Assembly: GCF_003704095.1 (NCBI RefSeq)
Contig: NW_020844059.1
Coordinates: 186,001-250,000 of the forward strand
DNA: 64,000 nt
From: Pocillopora damicornis
Lineage: Eukaryota
Direction of reading: 5' to 3'
The position numbers and the translations under genes are program-made. The notes beneath the pieces were generated by a model. That model worked only from the letters and a program-made list of their open reading frames with translations, searched no databases and was not told the DNA's origin. This document shows positions 24,133-37,389 of this stretch, piece by piece (positions within the stretch are counted from its first letter, which is position 1; every line of letters begins with the position of its first letter).

Positions 24133-25235
24133 GGAAGACTTTATAAGGCGCACGAGAGCAAATCTTTGCAAAGGTTCCTTCTTTAAAGACTGCGAGCGAA
24201 ATGTAGAATTCATCAGGTGGAAGGATAATCTATGAAGCATGAAAAACAAAGTTTGAAGATGGAAATATTGAAAATTTCAAATTAATTTAATCCAAACTGA
24301 TCCTCTATATTGCCCATATTTCAAGACGCAACTACGAATACTTTTGTACTTTGTCGTAGATAAAGAAGAATTTTATCGGCTAATGGAAAATTGAATATTG
24401 ATCAGACTGGTTGAAGTTGCTATTAATTTTGCCACATAAAGTATGTTTGTTTTATTGTCTAATTTCAATTTCTTATTGAGTGGCTGTATTTAAGAAAGTT
24501 CTGTGATTTTCTCACTGAGAAACGCAAACGCGTTGTATTACCTCAAGGAGTTACTATGGATGAATTTTGCCTCTGAATAAACCCACCTGATGTGATTTTT
24601 ATGGCATTTTGGAAGACCATACATTGTCCGAAAGTTTCTGTACAACCGACTCGATTTTGTCTTCCAACAATCTCTACTGAACAGAATTTTCTTACAAAAT
24701 CACGTAATGTGCGACCCCATGCGGGCACCTGAACTAAAACCGAGCTTAACGGCCCTTAATCAGCCCAAGAAATTCACACGATGCAAGGGAACAATCACCT
24801 AGCGAGATGAATTTTTTCAAAACCAGTTCAGATTCGTTCTGATCGAGAGCGCGTTTATAAAATGCCTACATTTCGACCATTGCACAATGTGAACATATTT
24901 ACATATTTTGCGAGCTTGTGTTTCCTTTGTTTTGGCTCATTTATTCCTGCAACGATTACTATACTTTCGGGCGCAAATCCACACGAGTTGCTTGGAGTTG
25001 AAAAGCAAAAGATATCCAGTTTGAGTTGCCAATCAGAGCGCACCTTCTACGCTATCTATTATTGATTGTGTACCTCATATCGACCTCAGCTATATTTAGC
25101 CAGAAATAGTAAATGACGTAAGTTCTCCTGTGTCACGTGATCGTTAGAGAGCCCACAATGCTGGTGGTCTTTTTGGATGTAAATCGATCACGGATTGTAA
25201 TCGGGCGACGAAAGAAGGCCGTGAACATTTTCCAG

Positions 25236-28200
25236 ATGTACAGTCCTAAATACTCCAAAGCACAAAGCTGTGCTTATTTCTGCTTCAAAAATGCCCTGGT
25301 GGCACTTAACACGCTTTATATTGTAAGTATCTTGGAAAACCTTTCAACTTAAAGTCAGAGTTTTAACGAATCTCGCGAGCTATTGAATGGGGAAATTGAG
25401 TCTTCGCAGTCTGTGTTACGTGGCATTTGGTGGTTATTTAAAGCTTTCTATCAGATATTCTACGGAAATCTCCTGCGGTTCTTATCCGTAAATGTTTCTA
25501 AATCTGATTAGGGACTTAATGAGTAAAAGGTACCTCTCCTACGAAAAAGAAAATCTCTAGGCAATAAAACCCCGTTGTTCCTTTGCTGCAAAAGGCTAGC
25601 TGTTTATATAGCGCATCATGCATGTATTCAATAGTTTTTTCTGAACGAAAAACCAATAAGAGCTCTTTAATTTGACTATCACCTTATGTTTCAGGAAATG
25701 TAAGCTTAATTATAATTAACGGGCGAATTTTTTTTGTATTTATTTAATTTTCCAAGATCTCGACATAGAGTCTTCCAGTTAAAAATATTGGAAAGCATTG
25801 TTTAGACGAGGTTAATAAGTCGATTATAAGGAAGTAAAGGTCGTGTGTCCTCGGAAGTTCATATTATTTCTAGGGCTTCTTCTTAGATTATTTTAAAACC
25901 CATTTACTAAATGTTAGGAGATTTTAACGAGGCTTCACCTATACTAATCAACAAGGAAAGGAAATGAACAAATGAAGGTCCTAATGACTATGCTATGCAG
26001 ATAAGCTGACTTGTTTCGCATTTCATTTAACAGAGCTGTCCGTAATTCAAATCATTGCAAATTTTAATTTTGTTGTATTAAATTTGCCATAAAGTTAGAT
26101 GTATGACATTGTCCTCTCAAAATGACATGGAATGATATTGTTTGCAATGAGTATTATTACAAACTTCAAAGGGATTTTGAATGTTCACTTGTCCTCTTGG
26201 TATTTAGTATTTGGCGTGAGACTTTGTATGATACAAATTTTTTTACTTTTAAAGGTTGAATAACACAGCAATTTAAATCTAATTTTTATTTCAATTGATG
26301 ATAAGAATATGTCAATGATAGGGGCACCATTGTTGTAAAGAACTTGTTGTGGGTTGGGTAGATTATGTGTTCCCTCATGTATGAACAGTTATTGGTATGC
26401 TGCTTTTTGTGTTTAAGGTAATCTTCGATACTGAAAGAAAAAAAAGGATAAAGAAAATTTGCTTAGAGTTTTTCTTGAGAGATACTGGAAACATGATATC
26501 TTGCTCACGGAAACTATTTATCGGAAGCCCCCAAGGAAGAGGTACCTAAAAGTATACACATGGTAAACAGTATTTTCAAAACTGTGCTCTTAGAATAATC
26601 GTGTTGTTAGCTGCTCAAAGGCTATGGACCCAGAAATACAAGGTGCTCATCTCTTAAAAACCTTCATAAAAGCAAAGTGATTCCTGGTACTGTAAGACAA
26701 AAAGCAAAAGAGCACAGCCCTGAACTACCTGATTTGATTGCTTGTATAAAGTCTTTTTTTCCTTTGCAGTTCATAGCCTTGGTAATGATATGTGTAGCTG
26801 TTTATGCCAAAGCATCATCTAAAATAACCAGTCTCCCGATTCTTGGTGGTGTAGTTGCCTGTGGCGTTTTCCTTCTTCTCATTGCCATCATGGGTGTTGC
26901 TGGTGCAGTGCGTCACAGCCAAGTGATTCTGTTCTTTGTATCCTTTTCATGATTGTGAACTGCAGTTAAAAGCAGTTGCAGAAAGTAAAGTTTGCAGAAC
27001 AGTTCTGCCCAGTGCCTCCCCAACAGTGGTTTGCTCCAATGCTACCATTGTAAAGCTGTGTATTAGGAGCACAGTCTGACTTATAAATGATAAAGTGTAA
27101 TGAAAGCAATTTGGAGATCATATTGGCATGATGGTTAGTGTGCTGGATTCTGGGTTTGAGAGGCCTGGATTTGAAAGCTGGCTGGGTCAAAGTGTTATGT
27201 TCGGGAGAAATCTTTTAAATTTACAGTACCTTTCTCCACCCAGGAGTACAAATTGACAAACAAAAATCACCAGGGAAGCCTGGTGAAATCCTGGGGGCAA
27301 ACCTTGCAATGGATTACCATCCCATCCAGGGGGGAGAAGTAGCACTTCTGGTTACTTCATGCTAAGGAAACTGGGGATGAGTTCTTGCTGGGTGGACCAC
27401 TTAGCACAAGTACAGATGTTACTTCACTGAGTTGTTCTTGTTGCCTATTGTTTTGGAACTGGCCTAGGGTTAAGAATAATGACGATGATGATGACGATTC
27501 TTGTTACTTAGTGTTCTGGAAAGTACATGATGTTCTTATCTGTTTGTTTCAGCCTTAACTTATTGAACAGTAGTCGATTATCATGCTACTTCTGTTTATC
27601 ATTCAAATGTCAGTATCTCTTGGTGCAATAGCAGTTTCACATGAGCAGCAGTCTAATCTAATGGAGGCAGGATGGGGAAAGATGTCACCCACTTTAAAGA
27701 CCAAAATCCAAAAAATCAAAGACTGTTGTGGATTTAAAAATAAAAATATGACGTCAGGTGAAATGGGACATCCGAAGTGTACTGCGGTAAGTTTTTGTGG
27801 TGTACGACCCATTCACATGCTGGGGTTGTAGTTCTTGAAATCGGAGACTTTCAGGAGGTAATGACCCCCCCTATTTGTGACACCAATAATTTTTGTGGCC
27901 ATTGCCACCCTCCAATTATTGCTTGTTAGTATTAATGACGAGAAAATTTTTTTTGTTAAAGTTTGGATTCTCTCTAATGTATTCACATTTGTGATACATC
28001 AGCCTTGTAATGTTGTCACAAGATAGTGCTTGTACCTAGGCTGCTGTTAACCCAATAATGCGCACCAAGCGTTTCTCCCAGACCTATTTACTTGCCATGT
28101 GTAGACAATGGGTCTGTGTATTATTCTTGTAAATAAAATGCTCTGTAAATGTAATTTATAATTTTAGCCAGTATTGTTAATAATCATACAATTCAGCCTT

Positions 28201-29522
28201 ATTAAGCTGGCATGTGATTTTTAATAAAGCTCTCTATCTATAAAGTCACAACAAGAACTGTAAGCTGCCAGAGTTATTGTAAGTCTAGGAAAAGATTATG
28301 CTCTAAAACAGTACAGTCAAACCTCTGTTATCCGCACTTGTGAGAACTGGGCTGAATAGTCTAGATAATCCAGGGTTCAGATAATCAAATTCACTGTGGA
28401 TTACTGCTAAAATTTGCTAAAGAATTTACAAAAACAACATTTTATGACCCAAAATGCTGACATAAATCAGTTTGTCTCAAGCTGCTACTGCGTTTGTGCA
28501 TCACTAATTCTGTCATTCTATGAAACTGTATGAAAGAAATAAGGTCAAAATTAATTATTTCATCATCTGATTTGTTTGATGGAAAACGTTGATGGTAAAG
28601 AAAGGTTGTGAGCATTGTTGATTAATTGTAAAAGAATCACAAATAATACTATTAACTCAAATTCTTGTGTTTTTTTTTATGCCTTGTGAAAGTGTTGTTA
28701 CCTGATCTGGTCTGGGAATTTTAACTTAATTCCTCATGCATATATAACCACTAACACTAGTTTCATTTGAGTATTCATGACCATTTCTTTATTCATTGTG
28801 TTTTAGCTACCATGCTGTTCTGAGACTACTAACGATGATACATGCCCCAAATGTGAAACATGCTATGACAAGTTAAAAGATGTGGTAAATCATCTTCTGA
28901 AAGTGGCTGGAGGAATTGGTCTGTTCTTCAGTTTTACCTTGGTAAGTACAGAACTTGCATCAATTTACACACCAATTTTTTTTTTTTGTCATATAGTGAG
29001 ATATCTTCTTTGTAACCTGGTTGAGCAAGATACTAACACTTGCATTTTAAAGTTGGACTAATCTTATGCCTAACCCTTTAACTCCCAGATATTATTAACA
29101 TGTAACTTGATATATATATCAAGTAAAAGGGTAACGAGAATACTCAAACTTATCAGATAGAAGTTGTTACCTTGATCCAACAGCAAATTGTCATTGCTGT
29201 TTTACAAGGAATTAAACATGCAGCAGCCAGAGGGAAGAATTAACAAGCAAATCTTGGGAGTTAAATGGTTAAAGGAACTAATTATTACTCTAACTAATTA
29301 TTTTGATAGTTCTGGTCTGCTTCCTTTTAAACTGGATTCACGCTCATTAACCACTTGATTAGGACATCTGATTGTCAGTAATGAATAGTAAAGTATCTCT
29401 CTCTATAAAATCTTCTTAACTTCCTCTCATATTTCTATCTTTCACAGCTGTTTGGTGTGTATATGGCGTGCCGCTACAGGAATCAGAAGGACCCTCGTGC
29501 TAATCCTGGGGCTTTCTTATAG
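25236..29522 (+). CDS. TSPAN13/TSPAN31: Tetraspanin-13/31 orthologue; exons 25236-25322, 26770-26937, 27574-27786, 28807-28941, 29448-29522
   Basis: The spliced product has four TM segments, the CCG motif, [29 protein letters not shown] and a C-terminal [16 protein letters not shown], as in vertebrate TSPAN13/31. Confidence 0.92.
26938..27573 (+). other. U12-type (minor spliceosome) GT-AG intron in the tetraspanin gene
   Basis: 5' splice site GTATCCTTTT. Branch site CCTTAAC at 27553-27559, 12-15 nt before AG. No polypyrimidine tract between them. Confidence 0.88.
27110..27425 (+). mobile_element. tRNA-derived SINE-like element; further copies near 46060-46385, 56860-57075 and 57830-58112
   Basis: Degenerate A/B-box head (TGGCATGATGG; GGGTTCAAGAC in the 46 kb copy). 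Shared body motifs CACCCAGGAGTACAAAT, CATCCCATCCAGGGGG and GGAAACTGGG. Confidence 0.7.
29074..29268. mobile_element. piggyBac-like MITE
   Basis: CTAA-CCCTTTAACTCCCA ... TGGGAGTTAAATGG-TTAA. Confidence 0.75.
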
Positions 29523-31852
29523 GTCCCTGGGTGCTGAGCTAAATTCTTAGACCTGTGCTAACCTTTCTTTAACCTCTAAATAGATCTCTTCACCATGCTA
29601 ATTTACCCATAATTGAAAATATGTAAAATAAGATTGGAGAGACATGATTGTTTGTAATATATTATACAGGTTAGATTGCATGTGTTCCTTTGCTTTTTAT
29701 TATCATTATTTTCCAGTATCACTGTGTCAGTATCATGTGGAGTTAGTCTGATTCAATACCATGATTACATAGCTGCCATTTTTATTTATTAGAAGCAACA
29801 ATAGCAGTTGACTAAGCTTTTAAATGTTTCAAGACTAACTTTTAATCAGTGACATGGCAAAGTCTACTGGTATGACAGATTCTAGTGAGGGGCAGGGTGG
29901 GTGGGTTAGTTAGTTAGTTTGGTATAAGATTTTCCCCCTCCCTGCCCTAGGCATATCCTTCTGTCCATGCGGAGTGACTTTTTTCTATAATATCCACAGT
30001 AGCTAGTGTTAAGTAATCTATCAATGAGTTGTTTGCTGCAAGTCTTTGAGATTATTGTATGGCGAGGTAGTCTTAAGGTAAATCCCAGAATTCTGACTCA
30101 CTCTTACTTTGTCTTTATTTTGCTCTATGGACCAGGTCTTTATTTTGTTTTATGGACCATTTCCATGGAAATAATCATAAGCTCTGTATTTTTGGTTGCA
30201 AAACCTGCAAATTCAGAATACAAGTTTGGTCCTGGTGCCATATGATAAACCACTTACTAACCTTGCTTTATAGAGCCATACTGCAGAATTTTTAGGCCTC
30301 AGTCCATTTTTAAATTCTAGGGAGAAATCTTTTGAAGTTAGATTGACTGACAGTTCAATTTTCTCATATTGTGTATTGTATGAAGGTCTATGGCCCATTG
30401 ATATCATTACTCATTTTTTTTTGGAAGAAAAACAGATGCCTTTCTTATGTTGCAGTATTTTAGGGTTAGAGTAGTTGCCTAACTGCTTCTACTTCTCCAG
30501 TTAAAATGGAGGTATTTTGAGAATATTTCTAGACTAGAAAATCTCTCTTTGAAAGCTATATTTAATAGCAGTATTTAATTATTTCAGGAGTGTTTATTGA
30601 TGAATTATTTAAGGTTAATTTTTTTTGTTATGTTAAGTGTAGAATATATCCTGAAAATAAACATTCGGTATCTTTGTGCTTTTATGCAGTCTTCAGTAAC
30701 ATTCCCCAGAACCCATAATTCCTAGAAGAGGATGATATACCAGAAAACCAGAAAGTTTCTGGCCTTTCATATCTCTGATAGTTTTTGTAAGGTTACTTTT
30801 TCACTCGTGTTTTCTAGGTTCCAAAATAAAAATTTGAAAATTACCTCGCGTAGTTAGAACTTGAATGAGATACCTTTACTTTACAAGTGTCAGCACCCTT
30901 CAGTCTGTAGGTAACCAGAGGAATGTCACGCCTTCTCCATTAAGCCGCTACTGCGCGTTTTATGTTTTTACGGATTTTTTTCACTCTAATCTCTTGAAGA
31001 ACATGGAGATGCTCATGGAAATACTCCTCTTCCGACAAATTTTTATCGGAAAGAAAGCAAATTCTCTGAAAAAAACTTGTTAAATGCGACCCACGCCATA
31101 CCAAGATTGTGTGACGGGCCAATTGCTATTGTTGCTGGTAACGTATATTTAACCAATTAGAAAGCGTGCAGATGATTGGTGCTAATGGTTTGCAAGAGTC
31201 GTATCGGCTTTTTGGCGTCTTGTAGGAGCAAATTATTTCGGTTACGGTTGATGAAAATTTGAAGGAGCGACTTTTCCGGGATTTTTTTTATCAATAAGCG
31301 AAACTTTGAAAAGAGAGAAAACCCCGAACTGTATGAAATCTTAGAAGGTAATATCTTACTTCCGAAGAGGACTTATAAGATTACATAGGCAAACGAAACT
31401 CTTATTCATAACACTGCAAACCTGCATTTGAAACGCATGCCTCTATTCAAATCAAAATTTTGTGCTACTCGCCCTTCAACTGTTGGCTCTTAATTTTTCC
31501 TTTAAGTATCACCATAGGTTCAAATATGAAGGTCATGAGAATTACGGAAATGATCACCAAGTAAAGCTCTTTATGATTAAACCAATTCTTGTCAGCACCT
31601 TAAGAAATGTGTTAATAACAGTGTGGAGAATATGTATACTGATGTTAAGGTGTGAAGATTTAAGACCATGCACATAACCAGTGGTTAAATATTGAAATAC
31701 TCGTGCTTATCAGTCAGTTATTTATATTTTATTTCAGATTCTGGGAGTGTGTCTTGCCAGACGAGTGCGAAACCGCGGACCGCAGAAACTCTATTTTGAC
31801 TAAGGGACGTGAAGTTTGCTGTTTGGTCATCTTGGAAAATTCTCTTTTTCAG

Positions 31853-31963
31853 TAGCCTGAGTACTAGGCTTCCTAAAGGGGGTGGGGATGGGGCGAGAGA
31901 AAAACCCACCGCTCTAGCTCGGCCTTAGTCCCTCTTCCTTTGGAAGGCTCGTTATTCAGGCTA
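31853..31963. mobile_element. Short TA-ended foldback MITE
   Basis: TAGCCTGAGTAC...CTTCCTAAAGG / CCTTTGGAAG...TTATTCAGGCTA inverted ends. Confidence 0.6.
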
Positions 31964-33033
31964 CTGCTTTAAACCGAAAAAATAGACTTTGATAAAAATT
32001 GTGGGCTTAATTGCCTGATACTGGTATAGGTAATAGTAACTAACATTGGCTTTGTTTGGACTGTAGATCAATTAATGATTAGAATTTAAAGGGGAAGGGT
32101 TTCAAACCGGTTCTCTAGCGTTGTAAAATAATAGCTCAGATCGAAGAGGTGGTTATAGGAAGCAAAAAAATTAGGGTTCTTCTCGTGTTGAACTCAGCAC
32201 GGACCATTTAGTATCGGGATAGTTGAGCAAAATTAAATAAAAAGACCAAGTTTTAAAAACTATGTAGTTAGCTACCCACGTGAAATCCTGAACACATGCA
32301 GAAAAGTTGTCACGGATTCGACATTGCTTTTTTAGTAATTTTTCGCACCAATTATTGGTTTAAACAACTTGCGCCATAACCACATACTGGATATTTAAGA
32401 TTGATAGAGAAAATTATATTTATTAGTTTGTAAGATTTTTAATTTTATTTAAGAATTTATACTAAGGTTGGGGCAATTTATAAAAATTTGGTCTTGATGC
32501 TATTTCATAGCTATTTGTAAAGATTGGCATTCAAATAAATGAATATTGTGAGGTATCATTGCATTTCTAATCATTGTTTTAGATCCTTTTTCTTTTCCTT
32601 TGAACATAAATTCATATGGAGATCGAGTCTAAGCAGTGCGTGATCCTTGTTCCTCCTTGCGTTACGCGTGACACCAGCTTAGCCTCTACTGACGCGTCAC
32701 AAAATCAGCTTTTCTACTATGGAACTCACCATCAATATTTGCATGACATCACTAATGCTGATCATGATGACCAAAAAAATAGGATGGTATCAGGAGGGGG
32801 GCGGGGGAGTGGAGGAAGAGTGGTCTGGAGTGGTTACGCAAAATTGTCGAAAATTTGTTACTGCCAACAAATAAATTTCTACGTAAAGCATCTAATTGGA
32901 ACGAGAACAGTCCTTCAACAACGAGATTTTTTCGCGTCCTACGCCTTAGCGGCATCATTTCCTCTCCTTGTCCCCTATCCCTTCCGTTTCTCACTCTCCC
33001 GGAAGTTTTTGACATTACTAGAAACCAAAATCT

Positions 33034-33043
33034 CCAAATAAGG
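33034..33043 (+). promoter_or_regulatory. CArG box (SRF site) upstream of myosin light chain A
   Basis: CCAAATAAGG fits CC(A/T)6GG and lies 74 nt before the ATG. An ETS-like CCGGAAGT is at 32999-33006. Confidence 0.5.
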
Positions 33044-33116
33044 ACAAGTCCCTTGGGACTTCTGTTAAATATTTCCAGAACGGCGTGACAGAATCTCAGA
33101 TCTAAGCTAACTGAAA

Positions 33117-36057
33117 ATGGTGAGGGAAAAATATTGTATAGAATATTGCATTTTAGCCCTCTGCTCGCGGATAATCATACTTAAAACCTATTTTTCTTTC
33201 GCAGGCAACTCTAACGGAAGATCAAATCTCTGGTATCTATCACATTGCCCATTATGGTTCAAGATTCTTATATTAACTTATTCTACGATGCTCGAAACAT
33301 CGTTAAAATGATACAGCTGTTTTAGTTTTAAATTTTTTCTTCACTTGTTGTTTCAACCTGTACCTTTTTTGTTTTTCGTAGAGCATAAGGAGGCGTTTAT
33401 GCTTTTCGATCGCCGAGGAGATGGCAAAATCGATTCGGCACAATTGGGTGAAGTACTCCGTTCTCTTGGACTCAACCCAACACAAGCTGAGGTCCACAAG
33501 GCGTTAAACGAGGTCGATCCTTCTGGTAAGCAATCAGCCTGTCTAATAATATTAGAGAATCTTGTAGCTGTGATGTACCTGTCCAAAAACTACTCAGTTA
33601 TTTCGTTGGCACGATTTGATCGAAATACGTTTCATGTTGCCTTTTCATTTGCCGCAACTTTGAAATGGCTTGGAATGAAATAAGTTTTAAAAGAGCTTCT
33701 TTTAGATAATAAACTTACTTAATTCTTAAGTCTTCTTTTGTTTATACGTACACTTCGTTTTAAATCCTTAGCAAAATTTTGCGACCGATCGAAGAAATCG
33801 AAGTTGATGTAGACTTTTGAGGAAATGTTTCGCTTTCCTTGCAGAGTTCTTGCAGTTAACTAGATATTTATCACAATGACTTGACCCTGTTTGATACTAG
33901 CTCGCGTGCAGACGAAAATCCGGCTTTCGATATTGTAGAGATTTTCGAATTTTTGCACAATTCAAATGGACGTCATAGTGATAAATTAATTTTTAAGTTT
34001 ATATTTTTTAACAATCGTGCATAGATGTATTACGTGCTTGTCGCAGCGTGCAAACTTTTTGAGCTAAAAATAAACAACTAGTGGTCTGCAGTATAACTAC
34101 TACACTTCAACGGCAAACTGTATTTCGTGCTAACAATTCGTTCAGTTGTGTGTTTTTAATGGGGGAATCTTTTGTTATTCTCCTTGGACTTTTTTCGTAC
34201 CGAAATTTTTACAAAAGAATCACTGAACCTTGGAATAAATGGAATCATTATTTTGGTTTGATTAGCCCTTTTAAGTAAGCGGCGTTCGAAGGGTGAGGCA
34301 ATTAACACATGTAAATAAACTTTTAGATTGTGTTAATGAAGTGACTTTTTAATGAAAGCTGAAAGCCTTTTATACTTCAAAGGTGCAATAGTGTTTTTAT
34401 TGCTCATTTAATTGTTAAATTTTCTGTATGCCCCTTTGACGAATGAAATTTGATTGGATACTACAAAGAAATGATAATTTACAAGTGACTGTAGTCAGTG
34501 TTCATAGAAGTGATCCCTAAAATGAAATTTTATCCTCCCTAGATGCCTGCTTCTAACCTTTTACTGCTGAGAGTGACTAGTAATTAATTTTTCCTCATAA
34601 TATCTTCCCTGAATCAAACATTAAGGAAATGAGAATAAAAGAAATGATCACCAACGGAAGAGACTCTTGATTGTTAAACAAATTCTCCTTTTCAGCACCT
34701 AAGGATATGTACAGAAAACAGTATAGAGAATAAGCATATTGATGTTAGAGTTTTAACCCTTTAAACTCTCAGAATGACCAGCATCTAGTTTCTCCTTACA
34801 ATAATACTGCTGAATCATTCATTCAAGATCATGAGAATAAAGGAAACAATCACCAGCTCAAGAGGCTCTTGATTGTTAAATAAATTCTCCTTGTCAACAC
34901 CTTAGAAAATGTATGGAGAACAGTATGGAGAATATACATACTGATGTTCGGGTGTAAAGGATTAAGGGTAAAGGTTGTCTCCATGAAGTTTTATTGTACC
35001 ATCTAATGCCAAAGTTTTATGAACAAAAAGTGAACTCTTTTTTAGGTTCTAAACGTATCTCATTCGAGGAATTCTTGCCAATCTTCCACTCCTTTGGTCA
35101 AAGGAAGGCCAGTAAAAGTACAAATGAAGGTTTTGTGGATGGCTTGAGAGTCTTTGATAGAGAAGGAAATGGCCAGGTGTCTGCCGCAGAGCTGCGTCAT
35201 GTGCTGACAGGATTAGGTAATTGTATATTTTATTATCTTTATCTATGAAAGTAAATGATGGTGAGGAAAAGTGAATTAGGAGAGACAAGCACTGAAAAGC
35301 CTGCTTTCTTTGCAAATTAACGCCTTAACTCCTAAGAGTGGTAACCAACTAATTTCTCCTTACAATTTCACACCTGAATCAAACATTAAGGTCACACTTG
35401 AATAAAGCAGGTGATCAGAAATTTAGCTCTTAGTTGTTAATCCTTTAATCCCAGAGAGTGACTTGCATACAATTTTTCCTTTCAGTATCACTTTTAAATC
35501 ACACATTAAGGTCATGAGAATGAGGTAAATGATGACCACCTCAAGATTCTTGACTGTAAAACAAATTCTCCTTGTCAGTTCCGCAGGAAATGTATTGAAC
35601 AGTGTGGAGAATATGCATACTGATGTCTCTTTTTGTTGCAGGTGAAAAAATGACTGAAGAGGAGGTAGACTTACTCCTTAGTGGACTGGAGGACAATCAA
35701 GGCCAAATCAATTATGAAGGTGTTTAATTTTTTTTTTTTTCCAGTTTAGTGAGTACTGAATATTGCTTGCCCACTACTAATGAAGCTTTATATCCAAGTT
35801 TCTGTGACTATAATTGATGTCATGTTTATGCATGGGTTGTAAATGGGTTGTAAGGGTAACAGTTAGGAGATCCAGGTCTTAATAGTTATGCTCCATGCTA
35901 GTTCAAATCCTGCCCTTCCCACCCCCCACCCCTCCTCCCCTCCTTGAATGCCAGCCGTGCAGGCTAAATGTCCTAAGACTGAAGTATAGATACATTGTAC
36001 TAAAACAATTTTTTTTATTTTCTGGCAGAATTTGTGAAGACAGTCATGTCTGGATGA
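33117..36057 (+). CDS. Myosin essential (alkali) light chain A, MYL6-like; exons 33117-33119, 33205-33232, 33382-33525, 35046-35216, 35642-35719, 36029-36057
   Basis: Spliced product [27 protein letters not shown]...[10 protein letters not shown]...FEEFLPI...[34 protein letters not shown]...[15 protein letters not shown]. All introns are GT-AG. AATAAA near 36238. Confidence 0.92.
34556..34961. mobile_element. Two tandem piggyBac-like MITEs sharing a TTAA (34753-34756)
   Basis: Two successive copies of the ~205-bp unit (TTTCTCCTTACAATA...GAGAATAAAGGAAATGATCACC...AAATTCTCCTT...CATACTGATGTT). Confidence 0.75.
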
Positions 36058-37389
36058 TCACTATCCACCCCATTTTTTACATACAGAGCTCTTTATCTAC
36101 TGTGATTAAATGAGATAACAATACAGAAGATTAATTTATCATTGTTAGGATGATTTCATATCATGAGGGATATACAACTACAGTGATTTACAAAGTATAA
36201 TCTATATAAATATTTTCTTATAGATAGTTTTGTAGAAAATAAAATCAAATAGCAGAACTGGGATCTAGTTAATTGTGTGCCCTTTTTTTTCATCGTCAGT
36301 GATGGCTGTCAATAACATAACCAAAATCCTGCCAGTTCTTCTAGGAAAACGTTTGCGTTGGAATGTCACGCAAACCCTGTTGCGTTACTTCTTCACCTTA
36401 AAACACCTTTAGAATCCTTTAAATGATCGATGAAAATGTTCAAAAATATTTGTTTACTGTGGAATGTTTCTGGCCCAACTTGAGATATGTTTATGTTTTC
36501 CTTACAACCTCATCACTGAAAGTTTAAGACGTTTCCTATTTTGCGACTAACATATCTTTTTATTTTGTATATTATTCGTTGCATCCTATTGCTTTCGTTT
36601 CTCTGATGTTTTGGCAAACAGATGTTATCTTTCAAGTTAATTGAACGACGCCCCCATTACAAGACTTTGAAATTCAATTAATGTTACCTTTCACAGTGTT
36701 CATTGGACATCTGATATCTACAAAGGAATGTATACTAATTTTTCTGTATAAACTGAGTAATATTAAATGTCCTGCATATCTTGACGTGAAAACAAATATC
36801 AGGAAAGAGAGAGTAACATTTCGTGGTCAGATGCCTTTCGACAAACCTTGAAAGCTCTCGAATGACGCAAAGTTTCGATTTACGGTTTGCGCTTCGTAAA
36901 GAATATACTCTCAATTTTTCAAGTTTTTCACATTTAATCCACATTAATTTAAGCCATTCTTGACTCTTCCCTGTTTCTATGCACTTCGTTATTTCTTCTG
37001 TTTTACAATCTTGGTCGAATTTGTTGACAGTTTGGTAAGGAATTGAGGTTTTTTTTTTCATGCGGTTACAATTTACTTATTACTATTACTGCTAGCCTGA
37101 GGAAGTTGAAAAAAAATTTTACACAGTAATTTCTCAAAAACTACTCTGAATTAAAAATGCCCTTTTTGTTTACAATTTTTCTTTCTCTGGAAAACTTCCT
37201 ACCACCCCGACCCATGGTATGATAATAATCACTGACGCGCTCCACGACGTCCACGCCCTGTTAACGCGCTGTCTGTGATTCCTGGATTTCCTAGTCTAAA
37301 TAGGTGACTTCATTTAGCTTTGGGTCAAACGCTCAAAGTCACTCGGGCGCACCACAACCTCGCTTCAACACTTTCCTCTAACCGCCGAG

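Noticed and set aside
33233-33240. Possible second U12 donor (GTATCTAT)
   Set aside because: It lacks the GTATCCTT consensus and the intron has a normal polypyrimidine tract.
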